From an uncultured Nitrososphaerota archaeon (GTDB lineage: Archaea > Thermoproteota > Methanomethylicia > Methanomethylicales > Methanomethylicaceae), in the NCBI GenBank assembly GCA_964634735.1, contig CAZWMA010000001.1:73350-137349 (forward strand): a DNA stretch of 64,000 nucleotides. Direction: 5' to 3'. Of the stretch, positions 18,761 through 28,265 are shown one piece after another. The translations under genes were made by a program, and so were the position numbers. The notes beneath the pieces are model-generated. The model worked only from the letters and a program-made list of their open reading frames with translations, was not told where the DNA came from and searched no databases. The first letter of the stretch is position 1, and each line of letters begins with the position of its first letter.

Positions 18761-20251
18761 ATGGCCAAGAAAAAAACCGCAGAAAAACCAGTCAAGGCAG
18801 AAGAAGCAGAGGTAGTCGAGGTCATAGCGGCTGAAGAGCCGACCTCGACCAAGGCTAAGGCAAAGGCCAAGGCGAGCGCCAAGACCAAGGCAAAGACCAG
18901 CTCGAAGAAAGCCGAGGAAGCCGCGCCAGCAGCGAAGGAAAAAGCCCCTGCCAAGAAGACAACCGCCGCCAAGACCAAGGCAAAGAAGCCGAAGGCGGTC
19001 GCAGCAGCCGAAGATGATGCAGACGCCGAGTCTGCCGGCGAAGACGCCGACAGGGTAAAGCCAAAGCGCAGGGCTGAGGTTGCCGCCCCGGAGCTGCCAA
19101 TCGTCGATGAGGTACTCGACAAGAAAGACAGAAAACTCCCAAAGAAGCTTGTCGACGACCTCAAGACAAAGCTGACGCCGTACAAGGGCAAGCTAAGCGA
19201 AACCCAGATGTCGAAGGTTGTGGAAAACACTTACACCTCTTACGTCAAGGCTCTCATTGAGCCGGGGGAGGCTGCAGGAACCGTTGCTGCCCAGTCCGTG
19301 GGCGAGCCAGGAACCCAGATGACTCTAAGGACATTCCACTATGCGGGTGTCAGGGAGCTCAACGTGACTTTGGGTCTTCCGAGGCTTATCGAAATCGTAG
19401 ACGCTAGGCGCATACCATCAACTCCTACGATGACCATCTTCCTCGATGAAGACCACAAGCACGACCTGAACAAGGCGAAGGACATCGCGTCCAAGATTGA
19501 GACCGTGACTGTGGAGAACATCGCCAAGAGCATAGGCTACGAGATGCTCAACAACTTCACTATCGAAGTCGACAACGAGATGTGCGAGGACAAGATGATC
19601 GAGATCGACTACATCAAGAAGTCGATAGAAAAGCTCAAGATACCCGGCTCTGTCGAGGTCGAGGGCAACAACATAACGATCACACCGGACATTACCGACC
19701 GGGACAAGATCAAGCGCGTAAGGGAGCGCATAATGGACCTCCGCCTGAAGGGAATCAAGGGCATCAAGAGGGTCGTCATCGAGAAGAAGGGCGACGAGTA
19801 TCTGCTGAGGACGGACGGCTCCAACCTCTCGCAGGTGATCCTCAACATCAAGGGCATCGACGCGAACAAGGTCTATACGAACAACGTCTCCGAGATTGCA
19901 GAGGTCCTCGGAATCGAGGCCGCGAGGAGCGCCATAATACGCGAAGCCTTCGAGGTCCTCGACCAGCAAGGCTTAGACGTAGACGTCCGGCACATGATAC
20001 TGGTGGCCGACCTTATGACCTCCACTGGCAAGATAAGGCAGATTGGCAGGCACGGGGTCAGCGGCGAGAAGTCGAGCGTCCTCGCGAGGGCTGCATTCGA
20101 GGTAACCGTAAAACATTTATTGGATGCGGCAGCACATGGAGAAGAGGACCTCTTGGAGGGAGTTACGGAGAACGTGATTGTCGGACAGCCAATCCCGCTG
20201 GGCACCGGTATCGTCGAATTGTTTATGAGATTCTCAAAAGAAGGTACATAG
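18761..20251 (+). CDS. rpoA2: RNA polymerase subunit A'' (Rpo1C) with a long Lys/Ala-rich N-terminal extension
   Basis: [38 protein letters not shown]. Confidence 0.97.
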   Translation: MAKKKTAEKPVKAEEAEVVEVIAAEEPTSTKAKAKAKASAKTKAKTSSKKAEEAAPAAKEKAPAKKTTAAKTKAKKPKAVAAAEDDADAESAGEDADRVKPKRRAEVAAPELPIVDEVLDKKDRKLPKKLVDDLKTKLTPYKGKLSETQMSKVVENTYTSYVKALIEPGEAAGTVAAQSVGEPGTQMTLRTFHYAGVRELNVTLGLPRLIEIVDARRIPSTPTMTIFLDEDHKHDLNKAKDIASKIETVTVENIAKSIGYEMLNNFTIEVDNEMCEDKMIEIDYIKKSIEKLKIPGSVEVEGNNITITPDITDRDKIKRVRERIMDLRLKGIKGIKRVVIEKKGDEYLLRTDGSNLSQVILNIKGIDANKVYTNNVSEIAEVLGIEAARSAIIREAFEVLDQQGLDVDVRHMILVADLMTSTGKIRQIGRHGVSGEKSSVLARAAFEVTVKHLLDAAAHGEEDLLEGVTENVIVGQPIPLGTGIVELFMRFSKEGT

Positions 20252-20252
20252 T

Positions 20253-20549
20253 ATGGATTTAGCAAAAGAGCTCAAAGTAGCAATAAACACAGGCAAGGTC
20301 GAGATCGGCTTCAAGGTCGGCCTCAAGACAGCCAACAAGAAGAAGGCAAAGCTCATCGTCATAGCTGCCAATGCTCCGGATGAAATAGCAGCAAAGATCA
20401 AGGCTTCGGCAGGCAGTGAAACGCCTTTATACAAGTTCCCCGGCTCCAGCTGGGAGCTGGGCGGCGTATGCGGCAAGCCATATCCTGTGAGCATATTGAC
20501 TATCGTTGACCCTGGCGAATCCGCCATACTCAAGGTCCAGGAGGGCTAA
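20253..20549 (+). CDS. rpl30e: 50S ribosomal protein eL30
   Basis: TGKVEIG, ELGGVCGKPY, DPGES; synteny. Confidence 0.95.
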   Translation: MDLAKELKVAINTGKVEIGFKVGLKTANKKKAKLIVIAANAPDEIAAKIKASAGSETPLYKFPGSSWELGGVCGKPYPVSILTIVDPGESAILKVQEG

Positions 20550-20582
20550 GTCTTACCTACAATCAAGCTGACCTCGGACGAT

Positions 20583-20987
20583 ATGCGGTTCATCGCCCTC
20601 CTCGAGAGCCTGACCGGGGCGGTGGCGAAGGACTGCGTCCTAAGCCCGGAAGACAACGGCATAATCTACATCATACGCCCGGGCGACATGGGGCTTGCAA
20701 TAGGAAAGAACGGCACCAACATCGAGCGAACCAGGAAAGTCATAAACCGGCCCGTTGAGATTGTTGAGTATGCAGAGACCCCCGAGGGTTTCATCAAGAA
20801 CATCATCGCCCCAGCGAAGATACGCGGGATCAGGATAAACAAGACTTCCGACGGCCACACTGTAGCACAGGTAACGGTCGATCCCCACGATAAGGGGATG
20901 GCCATCGGCAAGAGCGGCAAGAACATCGCGAAGACCCGGCTCCTTATGAAGCGGCACTTCGACCTGGACAATGTTGTTGTCCTCTGA
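20583..20987 (+). CDS. nusA: Archaeal NusA (two KH domains); true start may be near 20553
   Basis: MGLAIGKNG and GMAIGKSG KH motifs; synteny. Confidence 0.93.
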   Translation: MRFIALLESLTGAVAKDCVLSPEDNGIIYIIRPGDMGLAIGKNGTNIERTRKVINRPVEIVEYAETPEGFIKNIIAPAKIRGIRINKTSDGHTVAQVTVDPHDKGMAIGKSGKNIAKTRLLMKRHFDLDNVVVL

Positions 20988-21039
20988 TCCGCAGAGTCGA
21001 TCCAGAGCCCAGTCCGATGAGCGTCAAGTAGCGAAGAAG

Positions 21040-21047
21040 TTATATAA
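21040..21047 (+). promoter_or_regulatory. TATA box upstream of rps12
   Basis: GAAGAAG-TTATATAA. Confidence 0.55.
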
Positions 21048-21087
21048 TTGGTTGTGATTTCCTAACTTCGCATCAAAGGTGTATTTC

Positions 21088-21531
21088 ATGGCAGGTTCAA
21101 AATCACCAAAGGGTCTGCTCGCAGGAAGGAAAATCTCTGAGAAACGAAAGTCCTTCCGATGGAGTCTGAGGCAGTTCAAGAGGAGAGCCCTCAAGCTCGA
21201 CGTAAAGGCGGACCCACTCGAAGGCGCACCGCAATCCAGGGGAATCGTCTTGGAGAAGGTGGGCGTGGAGAGCCGGCAGCCCAACTCAGCAGTCAGGAAG
21301 TGCGTCAGGATTCAGCTCATTAAGAACGGCAAACAGGTTACTGCCTTCCTCCCCGGTGACGGCGCGCTAAACTTCGTGGACGAGCACGACGAAGTCATCA
21401 TCGAAGGCATAGGCGGCCCTGGAGGCGGCTCAATGGGAGACCTTCCAGGAGTCAGGTGGAAAGTAGTCAAGATTAACGGGGTCTCTCTAAAGGCCCTGAT
21501 GACCGGTAAGAAACAGAAGCCAGTGAGGTAA
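21088..21531 (+). CDS. rps12: 30S ribosomal protein uS12
   Basis: [27 protein letters not shown]. Confidence 0.97.
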   Translation: MAGSKSPKGLLAGRKISEKRKSFRWSLRQFKRRALKLDVKADPLEGAPQSRGIVLEKVGVESRQPNSAVRKCVRIQLIKNGKQVTAFLPGDGALNFVDEHDEVIIEGIGGPGGGSMGDLPGVRWKVVKINGVSLKALMTGKKQKPVR

Positions 21532-21535
21532 TCAA

Positions 21536-22102
21536 ATGTCCGAGATTAAGATCTTCGGCAAGTGGGACACGACTAACATCGAGATCAAGGATATCGGCCT
21601 AAAGTCCGTCATTTCAATCACTCCTACTCTTTCTGCACATTCATGCGGCAGGCACGAGCACAAGCGTTTTGGCAAGACCAAGATCAACATAGTAGAGAGG
21701 CTGGCCAACAGGGTCATGCGCCACGGTGCGAACGGCGGCAAGAAGATGCTCGCCCTCAACGCAGTCGCCTCGACCTTCGAGATCATCAGCCTCAAGACGG
21801 GCGAGAACCCGCTTCAGGTCCTTGTAAGGGCGCTTGAGTACGCCGCTCCGCGCGAAGAGGTCACGAGGATCAGCTACGGCGGCGTTTCATACCCGCAGTC
21901 GGTTGATGCATCTCCACAGAGGAGAATCGACTTGGCGCTCAGGTTCATCACGGATGCGGCACGCACCTCCTCATTCAGCAGCAACAAGCCGTTCGAGGAG
22001 TGCCTTGCAGATGAGATAACACTTGCATCCGCGAAGGACAGCAAGAGCTACTCGGTCCAGAAACGCGAAGAGATCGAGCGCATAGCTATCTCCGCCAGAT
22101 AA
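21536..22102 (+). CDS. rps7: 30S ribosomal protein uS7
   Basis: IVERLAN, APREEVTRI, SPQRRIDLAL. Confidence 0.96.
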   Translation: MSEIKIFGKWDTTNIEIKDIGLKSVISITPTLSAHSCGRHEHKRFGKTKINIVERLANRVMRHGANGGKKMLALNAVASTFEIISLKTGENPLQVLVRALEYAAPREEVTRISYGGVSYPQSVDASPQRRIDLALRFITDAARTSSFSSNKPFEECLADEITLASAKDSKSYSVQKREEIERIAISAR

Positions 22103-22115
22103 GCGCACTGGGAAT

Positions 22116-22146
22116 GCGGGAAGTGGCTCCCGCCACAACAATTTTT
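22116..22146 (+). terminator. Hairpin plus T-run after rps7, followed by a new TATA (22158-22166) for EF-1alpha
   Basis: GCGGGA-N6-TCCCGC then TTTTT. Confidence 0.4.
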
Positions 22147-22220
22147 CTTAATAAAAGTTTTTATATTACCTAAGATTTTTAACCTTCAACACAATTAGTA
22201 TCTTAGAGAGCTGATACCGA

Positions 22221-23531
22221 ATGTCATCTTCGAAGAAAGAACACTTGAATATGCTCGTTATGGGGCACGTAGACAACGGCAAGAGCACACTTGTAGGACA
22301 CTTGCTATTCCTCGCTGGCGGCCTTGATGACAGAACACTGGCTGCGCTAGAGGAGGAAGCGAAGCAGACCGGAAAGGAATTCGCAAAATACGCTTGGCTT
22401 GGTGACAAGCTGAAGGAAGAGAGAGAAAGAGACATGACAATTGACCTCTCCTTCTGGAAGTTCGAGACTCCAAAATACTTCTTCACAATCATCGACGCGC
22501 CAGGGCACAGGGACTTCGTCAAGAACATGATCACCGGCGCATCTCAGGCAGACGCCGCAATCCTTGTAATCTCCTGCAAGAAGGGAGAGTACGAGGCCGG
22601 CATGGGTCCGGGCGGCCAGACCAGGGAACACGCATTCCTTGCGAAGACCCTAGGCGTCAACCAGATAGTTGTAGCAGTCAACAAGATGGACGACCAGACC
22701 GTCAACTATGACCAGACAAGGTTCAATGAGGTCAAGGATGGCGTGCTGAAGTTCCTCAAGATGATCGGCTACGACATCAGCAAGATCATCGCAGTCCCGA
22801 TTTCAGGCTGGAAGGGCGACAACATCATCAAGCAGAGCAAGAACACTGCATGGTATAAGGGGCCAACCCTCTTTGAGGCAATGGACACCTTCATACCTCC
22901 AGAGAAGCCAATCAACAAGCCGCTCCGCGTTCCAGTGCAGGACGTCTACACAATTACAGGCGTCGGAACCGTCCCAGTAGGCAGGATAGAGACGGGCGTC
23001 ATGAAGAGAAATATGCAAGTAATCTTCATGCCTGCAAACAAGGGCGGGGAGCTCAAGGATATTGAGACCCACCACATGAAGATCGAACAGGCACTCCCGG
23101 GCGATAACGTCGGCTACAACGTCAAGGGCGTTGGCAAGACCGATGTGCACAGGGGAGATGTTTGCGGAGATACAGTCAAGCCGCCAACAGTTGCCGAGAC
23201 CTTCAAGGGCAGGATCTTCGTCCTTTACCACCCGACAGCAATCGCCGCTGGATACACTCCAGTGCTCCACGTCCACACAGCTACGGTAGCAACGACGTTC
23301 TTGGACCTCGAGAAGAAGATCGACCCCAAGACCGGTGCAGTCATTGAAGAGAAGCCAACATTCCTCAAGCAAGGCGACAGCGCAATCGTGACTTTCAAGC
23401 CAACAAAGCCGTTGGTCATCGAGCCATATACAGATCTAGCGCCATTGGGCAGGTTCGCCCTAAGAGATATGGGCCGCACAGTGGCTGCCGGTGTGTGCAT
23501 CGAGGTTAAGCCCGCTGTACTCACCAAGTAA
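22221..23531 (+). CDS. tuf: Elongation factor 1-alpha
   Basis: [35 protein letters not shown]. Confidence 0.98.
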   Translation: MSSSKKEHLNMLVMGHVDNGKSTLVGHLLFLAGGLDDRTLAALEEEAKQTGKEFAKYAWLGDKLKEERERDMTIDLSFWKFETPKYFFTIIDAPGHRDFVKNMITGASQADAAILVISCKKGEYEAGMGPGGQTREHAFLAKTLGVNQIVVAVNKMDDQTVNYDQTRFNEVKDGVLKFLKMIGYDISKIIAVPISGWKGDNIIKQSKNTAWYKGPTLFEAMDTFIPPEKPINKPLRVPVQDVYTITGVGTVPVGRIETGVMKRNMQVIFMPANKGGELKDIETHHMKIEQALPGDNVGYNVKGVGKTDVHRGDVCGDTVKPPTVAETFKGRIFVLYHPTAIAAGYTPVLHVHTATVATTFLDLEKKIDPKTGAVIEEKPTFLKQGDSAIVTFKPTKPLVIEPYTDLAPLGRFALRDMGRTVAAGVCIEVKPAVLTK

Positions 23532-23554
23532 TCCCTTTTTTTTTGGTGTTTTTA

Positions 23555-23863
23555 ATGCCGCAAAAAGCTAGAATAATGCTAAGCAGCACCGACTTCCAAA
23601 AGCTGGAGGATGTGTGCACTCAAATAAGGAAGATAGCTGAGAAGACTGGCGTAAAGATTGCAGGTCCGGTCCCGCTCCCAACCAAGAAACTTCTAGTCCC
23701 GACACTGAAGTCTCCGGCTGGTGAGGGTACCAAGACTTGGGATAAGTGGGAGATGAGGATCCACAAGCGCCTTATCGATGTAGATGCGGACGACAGGACC
23801 ATGCGCCAGATGATGCGCATACAAGTGCCTGACGACGTGTTCATCGAGATCGAGCTTGTTTAG
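23555..23863 (+). CDS. rps10: 30S ribosomal protein uS10
   Basis: [19 protein letters not shown]. Confidence 0.97.
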   Translation: MPQKARIMLSSTDFQKLEDVCTQIRKIAEKTGVKIAGPVPLPTKKLLVPTLKSPAGEGTKTWDKWEMRIHKRLIDVDADDRTMRQMMRIQVPDDVFIEIELV

Positions 23864-24072
23864 AACTATGTAGGTCTTTTTCAAGCCTACCTAACCTTGT
23901 CTTCTGACTGTCAGCTTTGCGCGCTGTTATCTTTCTTCCCCCCATTTTAACGGATTTCATCTTCTCATCAGCGCATGGCTTTGTAAAACTTGCAATGCTG
24001 CTATGCCATCATGAAAATGGCTAATGCTGCGCAGTGGGTTCAATGTTAGTAATTGATTGCGCTTCTTCCCGC

Positions 24073-25281
24073 TCAGGGTGCCTCAGCCGGAAAACGGACC
24101 GTGAATTTGGCGCCCTTTCCAAGCGTTGACGCCACCTCGATAGTGCCGCCATGGGCCTCGACAAGCCTCCGGCTGACCGCCAGACCGAATCCTTGGCCTT
24201 TCGCCTTCGTAGTGAAGAGTGGCTTGAAGACGTTCTTCAGGTTCTCCTCGGAGATCCCAATCCCTGTGTCTTCTATGGATACCTCCGCCATCTCCTCTGC
24301 CTTGATAGCCTTCACCTTGAGGCTCCCGCCATCCGGCATTGCTTGCACGGCATTGGTTATCAGATTCGTGAAGACCCTCCTGGCCAGCAGCGTATCGACA
24401 TGCAGCTCCAGCCCATCCCAAACTTCCAGATTGATGACTATCCCGGGCGACACACTGATGCTGCCGATCACATCGGTGAGCAGTGCCTTCGCATCGGTGC
24501 GGGTCTTCTCGACCTTCAGCGGTCTTGCAAAATCCTGCAGGTCCAGCACTATCTTGCTCATGTAATCGAGGTTCTTCTCCAGCCTTTTCACTATGGGGTA
24601 TACCCGCTTCTTAGCCTCCTCCATGCCCGAGACCTCGTCCTTGAGGAGGTACAGCGAATTGATCATCGCCTGCAAGGGGTTTCGAAGGTTGTGACCCACT
24701 ATCGTGGCAGTCTCGCCTATCGCGGCTAGCCTCTCCGCCTCCCTCAGCTGGGCAGTCCCCTCCTCGACGAGCGCCTCGAGCGTCTTCGAGTAGGCTTGAA
24801 GCTCCTCCTCCATCCTCCTGCGGTCCGTGATGTCGCTGAAGGTCTCGATTGCACCAATGATTCCACCATTCGCGTCTCGGAGCAGCGCAGCGTTCCCGAC
24901 GACGTACCTGTTGCGGCCCTTGACCGTTATGTACGACTCCGCAGTCATCGTGCCGTCCTCCCTGGCGAGATTGACGTACTTCTTCTCGGCGCGCGGTTCC
25001 CCGTTGAGAATAAGGTCGATCAGCACGGGGCACCTCTTGCCGTAGAAGTGGATGGCGTACTCGTGGTCGCCTTTCCCGACCATCTCGTCGCTTGGGACGC
25101 CGGTCAGCGACTCCATTGCCCTGTTCCAAGCCAGAACCTTCCCTGAACGGTCGATCACGAATGTTGGGTCGGGCAGGAAACTTATGATATTCTTAAGCAT
25201 CAGCTCGGGCTCTTCTGGGGGTCTTCGCTTCTTCCCCTGTTGTCCGGCACCGGGCGCAGCAGGCATCTCCTTCCCACTCAT
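24073..25281 (-). CDS. Cytoplasmic PAS-domain sensor histidine kinase (orphan in this window)
   Basis: PAS/PAC, H-box GHNLRNPL, N-box NLITNAVQAM, DTGIGI, FTTK, GQGFGL. Confidence 0.93.
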   Translation of the reverse strand: MSGKEMPAAPGAGQQGKKRRPPEEPELMLKNIISFLPDPTFVIDRSGKVLAWNRAMESLTGVPSDEMVGKGDHEYAIHFYGKRCPVLIDLILNGEPRAEKKYVNLAREDGTMTAESYITVKGRNRYVVGNAALLRDANGGIIGAIETFSDITDRRRMEEELQAYSKTLEALVEEGTAQLREAERLAAIGETATIVGHNLRNPLQAMINSLYLLKDEVSGMEEAKKRVYPIVKRLEKNLDYMSKIVLDLQDFARPLKVEKTRTDAKALLTDVIGSISVSPGIVINLEVWDGLELHVDTLLARRVFTNLITNAVQAMPDGGSLKVKAIKAEEMAEVSIEDTGIGISEENLKNVFKPLFTTKAKGQGFGLAVSRRLVEAHGGTIEVASTLGKGAKFTVRFPAEAP

Positions 25282-25344
25282 CTTAATCGCAAGAACTTTG
25301 TCCTATCCCATTATTAATAACCTGCGAACCAGCCATAGATGATT

Positions 25345-25455
25345 TGGCGCCGAGGAAGGGATTCGAACCCTTGCTCCATTGAAATGGAACCGGCTTGCCT
25401 GTCCACTCTTTATAAGATCTCGAGGCCGGCGCCTTAACCGCTCAGCCACCTCGGC
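25345..25455 (-). tRNA. tRNA-Ser(CGA) with a 23-nt 37/38 intron (25396-25418)
   Basis: GCCGAGG/CCTCGGC acceptor, G73, CCGGC-CT-CGA-GA-GCCGG arm, long variable arm, encoded CCA. Confidence 0.92.
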
Positions 25456-25576
25456 GACTAGTGAAATATCGGCTAGGCAGTTTTTATCCTTAACGCTTCG
25501 GGCACGCTTCCCTTGTTCTGGTGCAGATTACGGAAAGGACAATAAACTTCTGCCCGCATATAATGCCCTGATTGAA

Positions 25577-26008
25577 ATGGTCTACGAGTACCTCGACCAC
25601 AAGTCGGATGTCTACGTCCACGTTACCTCTGCATCGATTAGCCGCGCCTTCGAGGATGCCGGGGCGGCAGCCTTCGATGTAATGCTCGACCAGGGCTCTG
25701 TGAGGTGCAAGAGGACAATCGACTTGGCGCTCGCGGCGAGCGACATCGAGCAGCTCCTCTACATGTGGGTCGACCGCCTCATCTATCACTTCGACGCGGA
25801 GAGCTTTGCACTGGCGAGGGCCGAAATCAAATCGCTCAGGCGCCGGAAGTCGGGCGGCTTTGCCCTCACGGCGAGGCTCCACGGGGAGGCGTTTGAGCCC
25901 AACGTTCATGGGCAGAAGGTGGGCGTCAAGGCCATGACCTATTCGCTGATGAAGGTTATGTGGGCTGGGGCAGGAAAAGCGGAGCTGTACTTCGTTCTGG
26001 ACATATGA
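25577..26008 (+). CDS. Archease (RtcB activator)
   Basis: YEYLDHKSD, VKAMTY, C-terminal FVLDI; adjacent to rtcB. Confidence 0.92.
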   Translation: MVYEYLDHKSDVYVHVTSASISRAFEDAGAAAFDVMLDQGSVRCKRTIDLALAASDIEQLLYMWVDRLIYHFDAESFALARAEIKSLRRRKSGGFALTARLHGEAFEPNVHGQKVGVKAMTYSLMKVMWAGAGKAELYFVLDI

Positions 26009-26078
26009 CCCGCACACGTGCTCGGCAAATTGGAAACTTAATTACCCCGGCACACTATTCTAAACCAAGTGAACGCAT

Positions 26079-27560
26079 ATGGCAACGGGTGAAGATGCAA
26101 GCAGCTCGGTCAGGGGCATCCCGCTCAAGAAGCTTCAGGACTGCATTTGGGAGATCCCAAAGTCATTCAAGCCGGGCATGAACGTGCCGGGCAGGATATA
26201 CGCCGACAATGACCTGATTCAGAAGATGTCCGAGGACCTCACGCTCACGCAGTGCGCCAACGTCGCGCACCTGCCGGGGATACTGGACTATTCCATAGTG
26301 ATGCCCGACGGGCATCAAGGCTACGGATTTCCTATAGGCGGGGTCGCAGCATTCGATATGGAAAACGGAATAATTTCACCAGGCTCTGTCGGTTACGACA
26401 TAAACTGTGGCGTACGACTCCTGCTTTCTAATTTAGATGTTAATGATGTACGGCCTGCATTGCCAAAGTTGATTGACGCGATGTTCGACGCCGTCCCCTC
26501 AGGGTTGGGCAGCAAAGGCGGCATTCATCTATCAAATACTGAGCTCAACAATGTCATCGACCGAGGGGTTCCGTGGGCCATTGAGAAGGGATACGGCTAC
26601 GATGAGGACGCCCGGAGGTGCGAAGAGGGGGGAACAATGAAAGCCGCTGACCACAGCAAAGTCTCTGACCACGCAAAGGGCAGGGGCTCAAATCAGCTGG
26701 GCACCCTCGGGAGCGGCAACCACTTCCTGGAGGTCCAGGCTGTTGAGAAGATCTTCAACCAGCGCGCCGCCAAGGCTTTCGGCGTCGAGCACGAAGGCCA
26801 GGTAGTTGTCATGATCCACTCCGGATCAAGGGGTCTGGGGCACCAGGTCTGCAGCGATTACCTTCACGTGATGGAGCAGGCGGTAACGAAATATGGGCTG
26901 AAGATACCTGACAGGGAGCTCGCATGCGCCCCTGCGAACAGCCGCGAGGCGTTGGACTACTTCGCAGCCATGAGCGCAGCGTGCAACTACGCGTGGGTCA
27001 ATAGGCAATGCATCATGCATTGGACGCGTCAAGCCTTCCAGAAGACCTTCCTCACAGACCCAGAACGGCTCGGCATGCGCTTGGTCTATGACGTGGCCCA
27101 CAACCTCGCCAAGCGCGAGGAGCACCTTCACGAGGGTAAGCGGAAGACGCTCTACGTCCACCGCAAGGGCGCCACCAGGGCGTTCCCGGCGGGGAGGCCT
27201 GAGGTAACGCAGGAGTACCGCGAGATTGGGCAACCCGTGATAATCCCTGGCAGCATGGGCACTGCGTCCTACCTGCTTGTCGGCGGGCCGAGGTCGCTCG
27301 AGCTCAGCTGGGGATCCACCGCGCACGGCGCAGGCAGATTCCTCAGCCGCGAGGCAGCCATCAGGAAGTACTGGGGGAGCGACGTGAAGAAGGATCTCGA
27401 GAGCAGGGGCATACAGCTCCGTGCGGCCAACGTCAGGGTCATCGCAGAGGAGGCTCCGGGCGCCTACAAGGACGTTGATAGGGTCGCCGAAGTCTCCAAC
27501 AGGCTAGGGATAGCCACGTTTGTAGCAAGGCTCGTCCCGCTAGGGGTTACCAAAGGATGA
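26079..27560 (+). CDS. rtcB: tRNA-splicing ligase RtcB
   Basis: MPDGHQGYGFPIGG, GYDINCG, LGSGNHFLE, HSGSRG, HRKGAT, PGSMG, HGAGR, EAPGAYK. Confidence 0.97.
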   Translation: MATGEDASSSVRGIPLKKLQDCIWEIPKSFKPGMNVPGRIYADNDLIQKMSEDLTLTQCANVAHLPGILDYSIVMPDGHQGYGFPIGGVAAFDMENGIISPGSVGYDINCGVRLLLSNLDVNDVRPALPKLIDAMFDAVPSGLGSKGGIHLSNTELNNVIDRGVPWAIEKGYGYDEDARRCEEGGTMKAADHSKVSDHAKGRGSNQLGTLGSGNHFLEVQAVEKIFNQRAAKAFGVEHEGQVVVMIHSGSRGLGHQVCSDYLHVMEQAVTKYGLKIPDRELACAPANSREALDYFAAMSAACNYAWVNRQCIMHWTRQAFQKTFLTDPERLGMRLVYDVAHNLAKREEHLHEGKRKTLYVHRKGATRAFPAGRPEVTQEYREIGQPVIIPGSMGTASYLLVGGPRSLELSWGSTAHGAGRFLSREAAIRKYWGSDVKKDLESRGIQLRAANVRVIAEEAPGAYKDVDRVAEVSNRLGIATFVARLVPLGVTKG

Positions 27561-28234
27561 CGCCTTCCGCGCCAAAGGGGCACCCGCAGCCGCTCGTCTC
27601 GCGAGCCGGGAGGTACCTCGTAATCCACGAGGAGTCGTTCACCGGGATCGGCATATCCTCCAACGTCTACGTCACGGAGCAGGATGGCGGCTACTATATC
27701 TTCGACGCCAGCGGCCATCCGGATCTCCTCTCGTTCGTCGAGGCTACGGGGATATGCCGTGAATACATCGCGGGCATACTGCTCACCCACGGTCACTACG
27801 ACCACGTGATGGGGCTGAAGTCCTTCTCCGCGCTCGGCACGCCCGTCTTCATAAGCCGGAAGGATGCTAAACTCATGGAATCGACCGTAGGCAAGGTCAG
27901 CGCAAAAGGGCTTGAGAGCCCCGAGTGCGTGGCCGTCCTCGAGTCCCTCTCCCTGAAGGCAATCGCCACCCCCGGGCACACCCCGGGCAGCACGTGCTTC
28001 TACTCCGCCCAAGAGCGGCTTCTGATAAGCGGCGACACTGTATTCCCCGACGGGTACTTCGGCAGGACCGACCTCGCAGGTGGAAACGACGCCGAGATGA
28101 TCAAAAGCCTGGACTCGCTGGCGAAGCTCGACGTGGAGGCGATGCTCCCAGGGCACGATATGCCGGTCACGGGGTCTGCTTCAGTTTCGATAAAGGCGTC
28201 GCTCGCCAACGCGAGAGCCATGCTGAGCCCCTAA
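27557..28234 (+). CDS. Metallo-beta-lactamase-fold hydrolase (glyoxalase II-like)
   Basis: THGHYDH, TPGHTPGS, SGDTVF, PGH; ATGA overlap with rtcB. Confidence 0.9.
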   Translation: MTPSAPKGHPQPLVSRAGRYLVIHEESFTGIGISSNVYVTEQDGGYYIFDASGHPDLLSFVEATGICREYIAGILLTHGHYDHVMGLKSFSALGTPVFISRKDAKLMESTVGKVSAKGLESPECVAVLESLSLKAIATPGHTPGSTCFYSAQERLLISGDTVFPDGYFGRTDLAGGNDAEMIKSLDSLAKLDVEAMLPGHDMPVTGSASVSIKASLANARAMLSP

Positions 28235-28265
28235 ACCCCTTTTTCGAGGGCTCCTGCATTCCATA

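Noticed and set aside
18244..19230. 328-aa antisense ORF, and the many similar shadow ORFs
   Set aside because: Mirror frames of GC3-rich genes and of the low-complexity Rpo1C tail; no recognisable motifs
20984..21034. Possible second C/D sRNA (CGATGA...GCGA) after nusA
   Set aside because: No acceptable box C, terminal stem or identifiable target
22103..22220. Absence of EF-2 between rps7 and EF-1alpha
   Set aside because: Normal arrangement in crenarchaeal/TACK genomes
23864..25345. Integrated element at the tRNA-Ser(CGA) 3' end
   Set aside because: No integrase and no duplicated tRNA 3' end (att) seen
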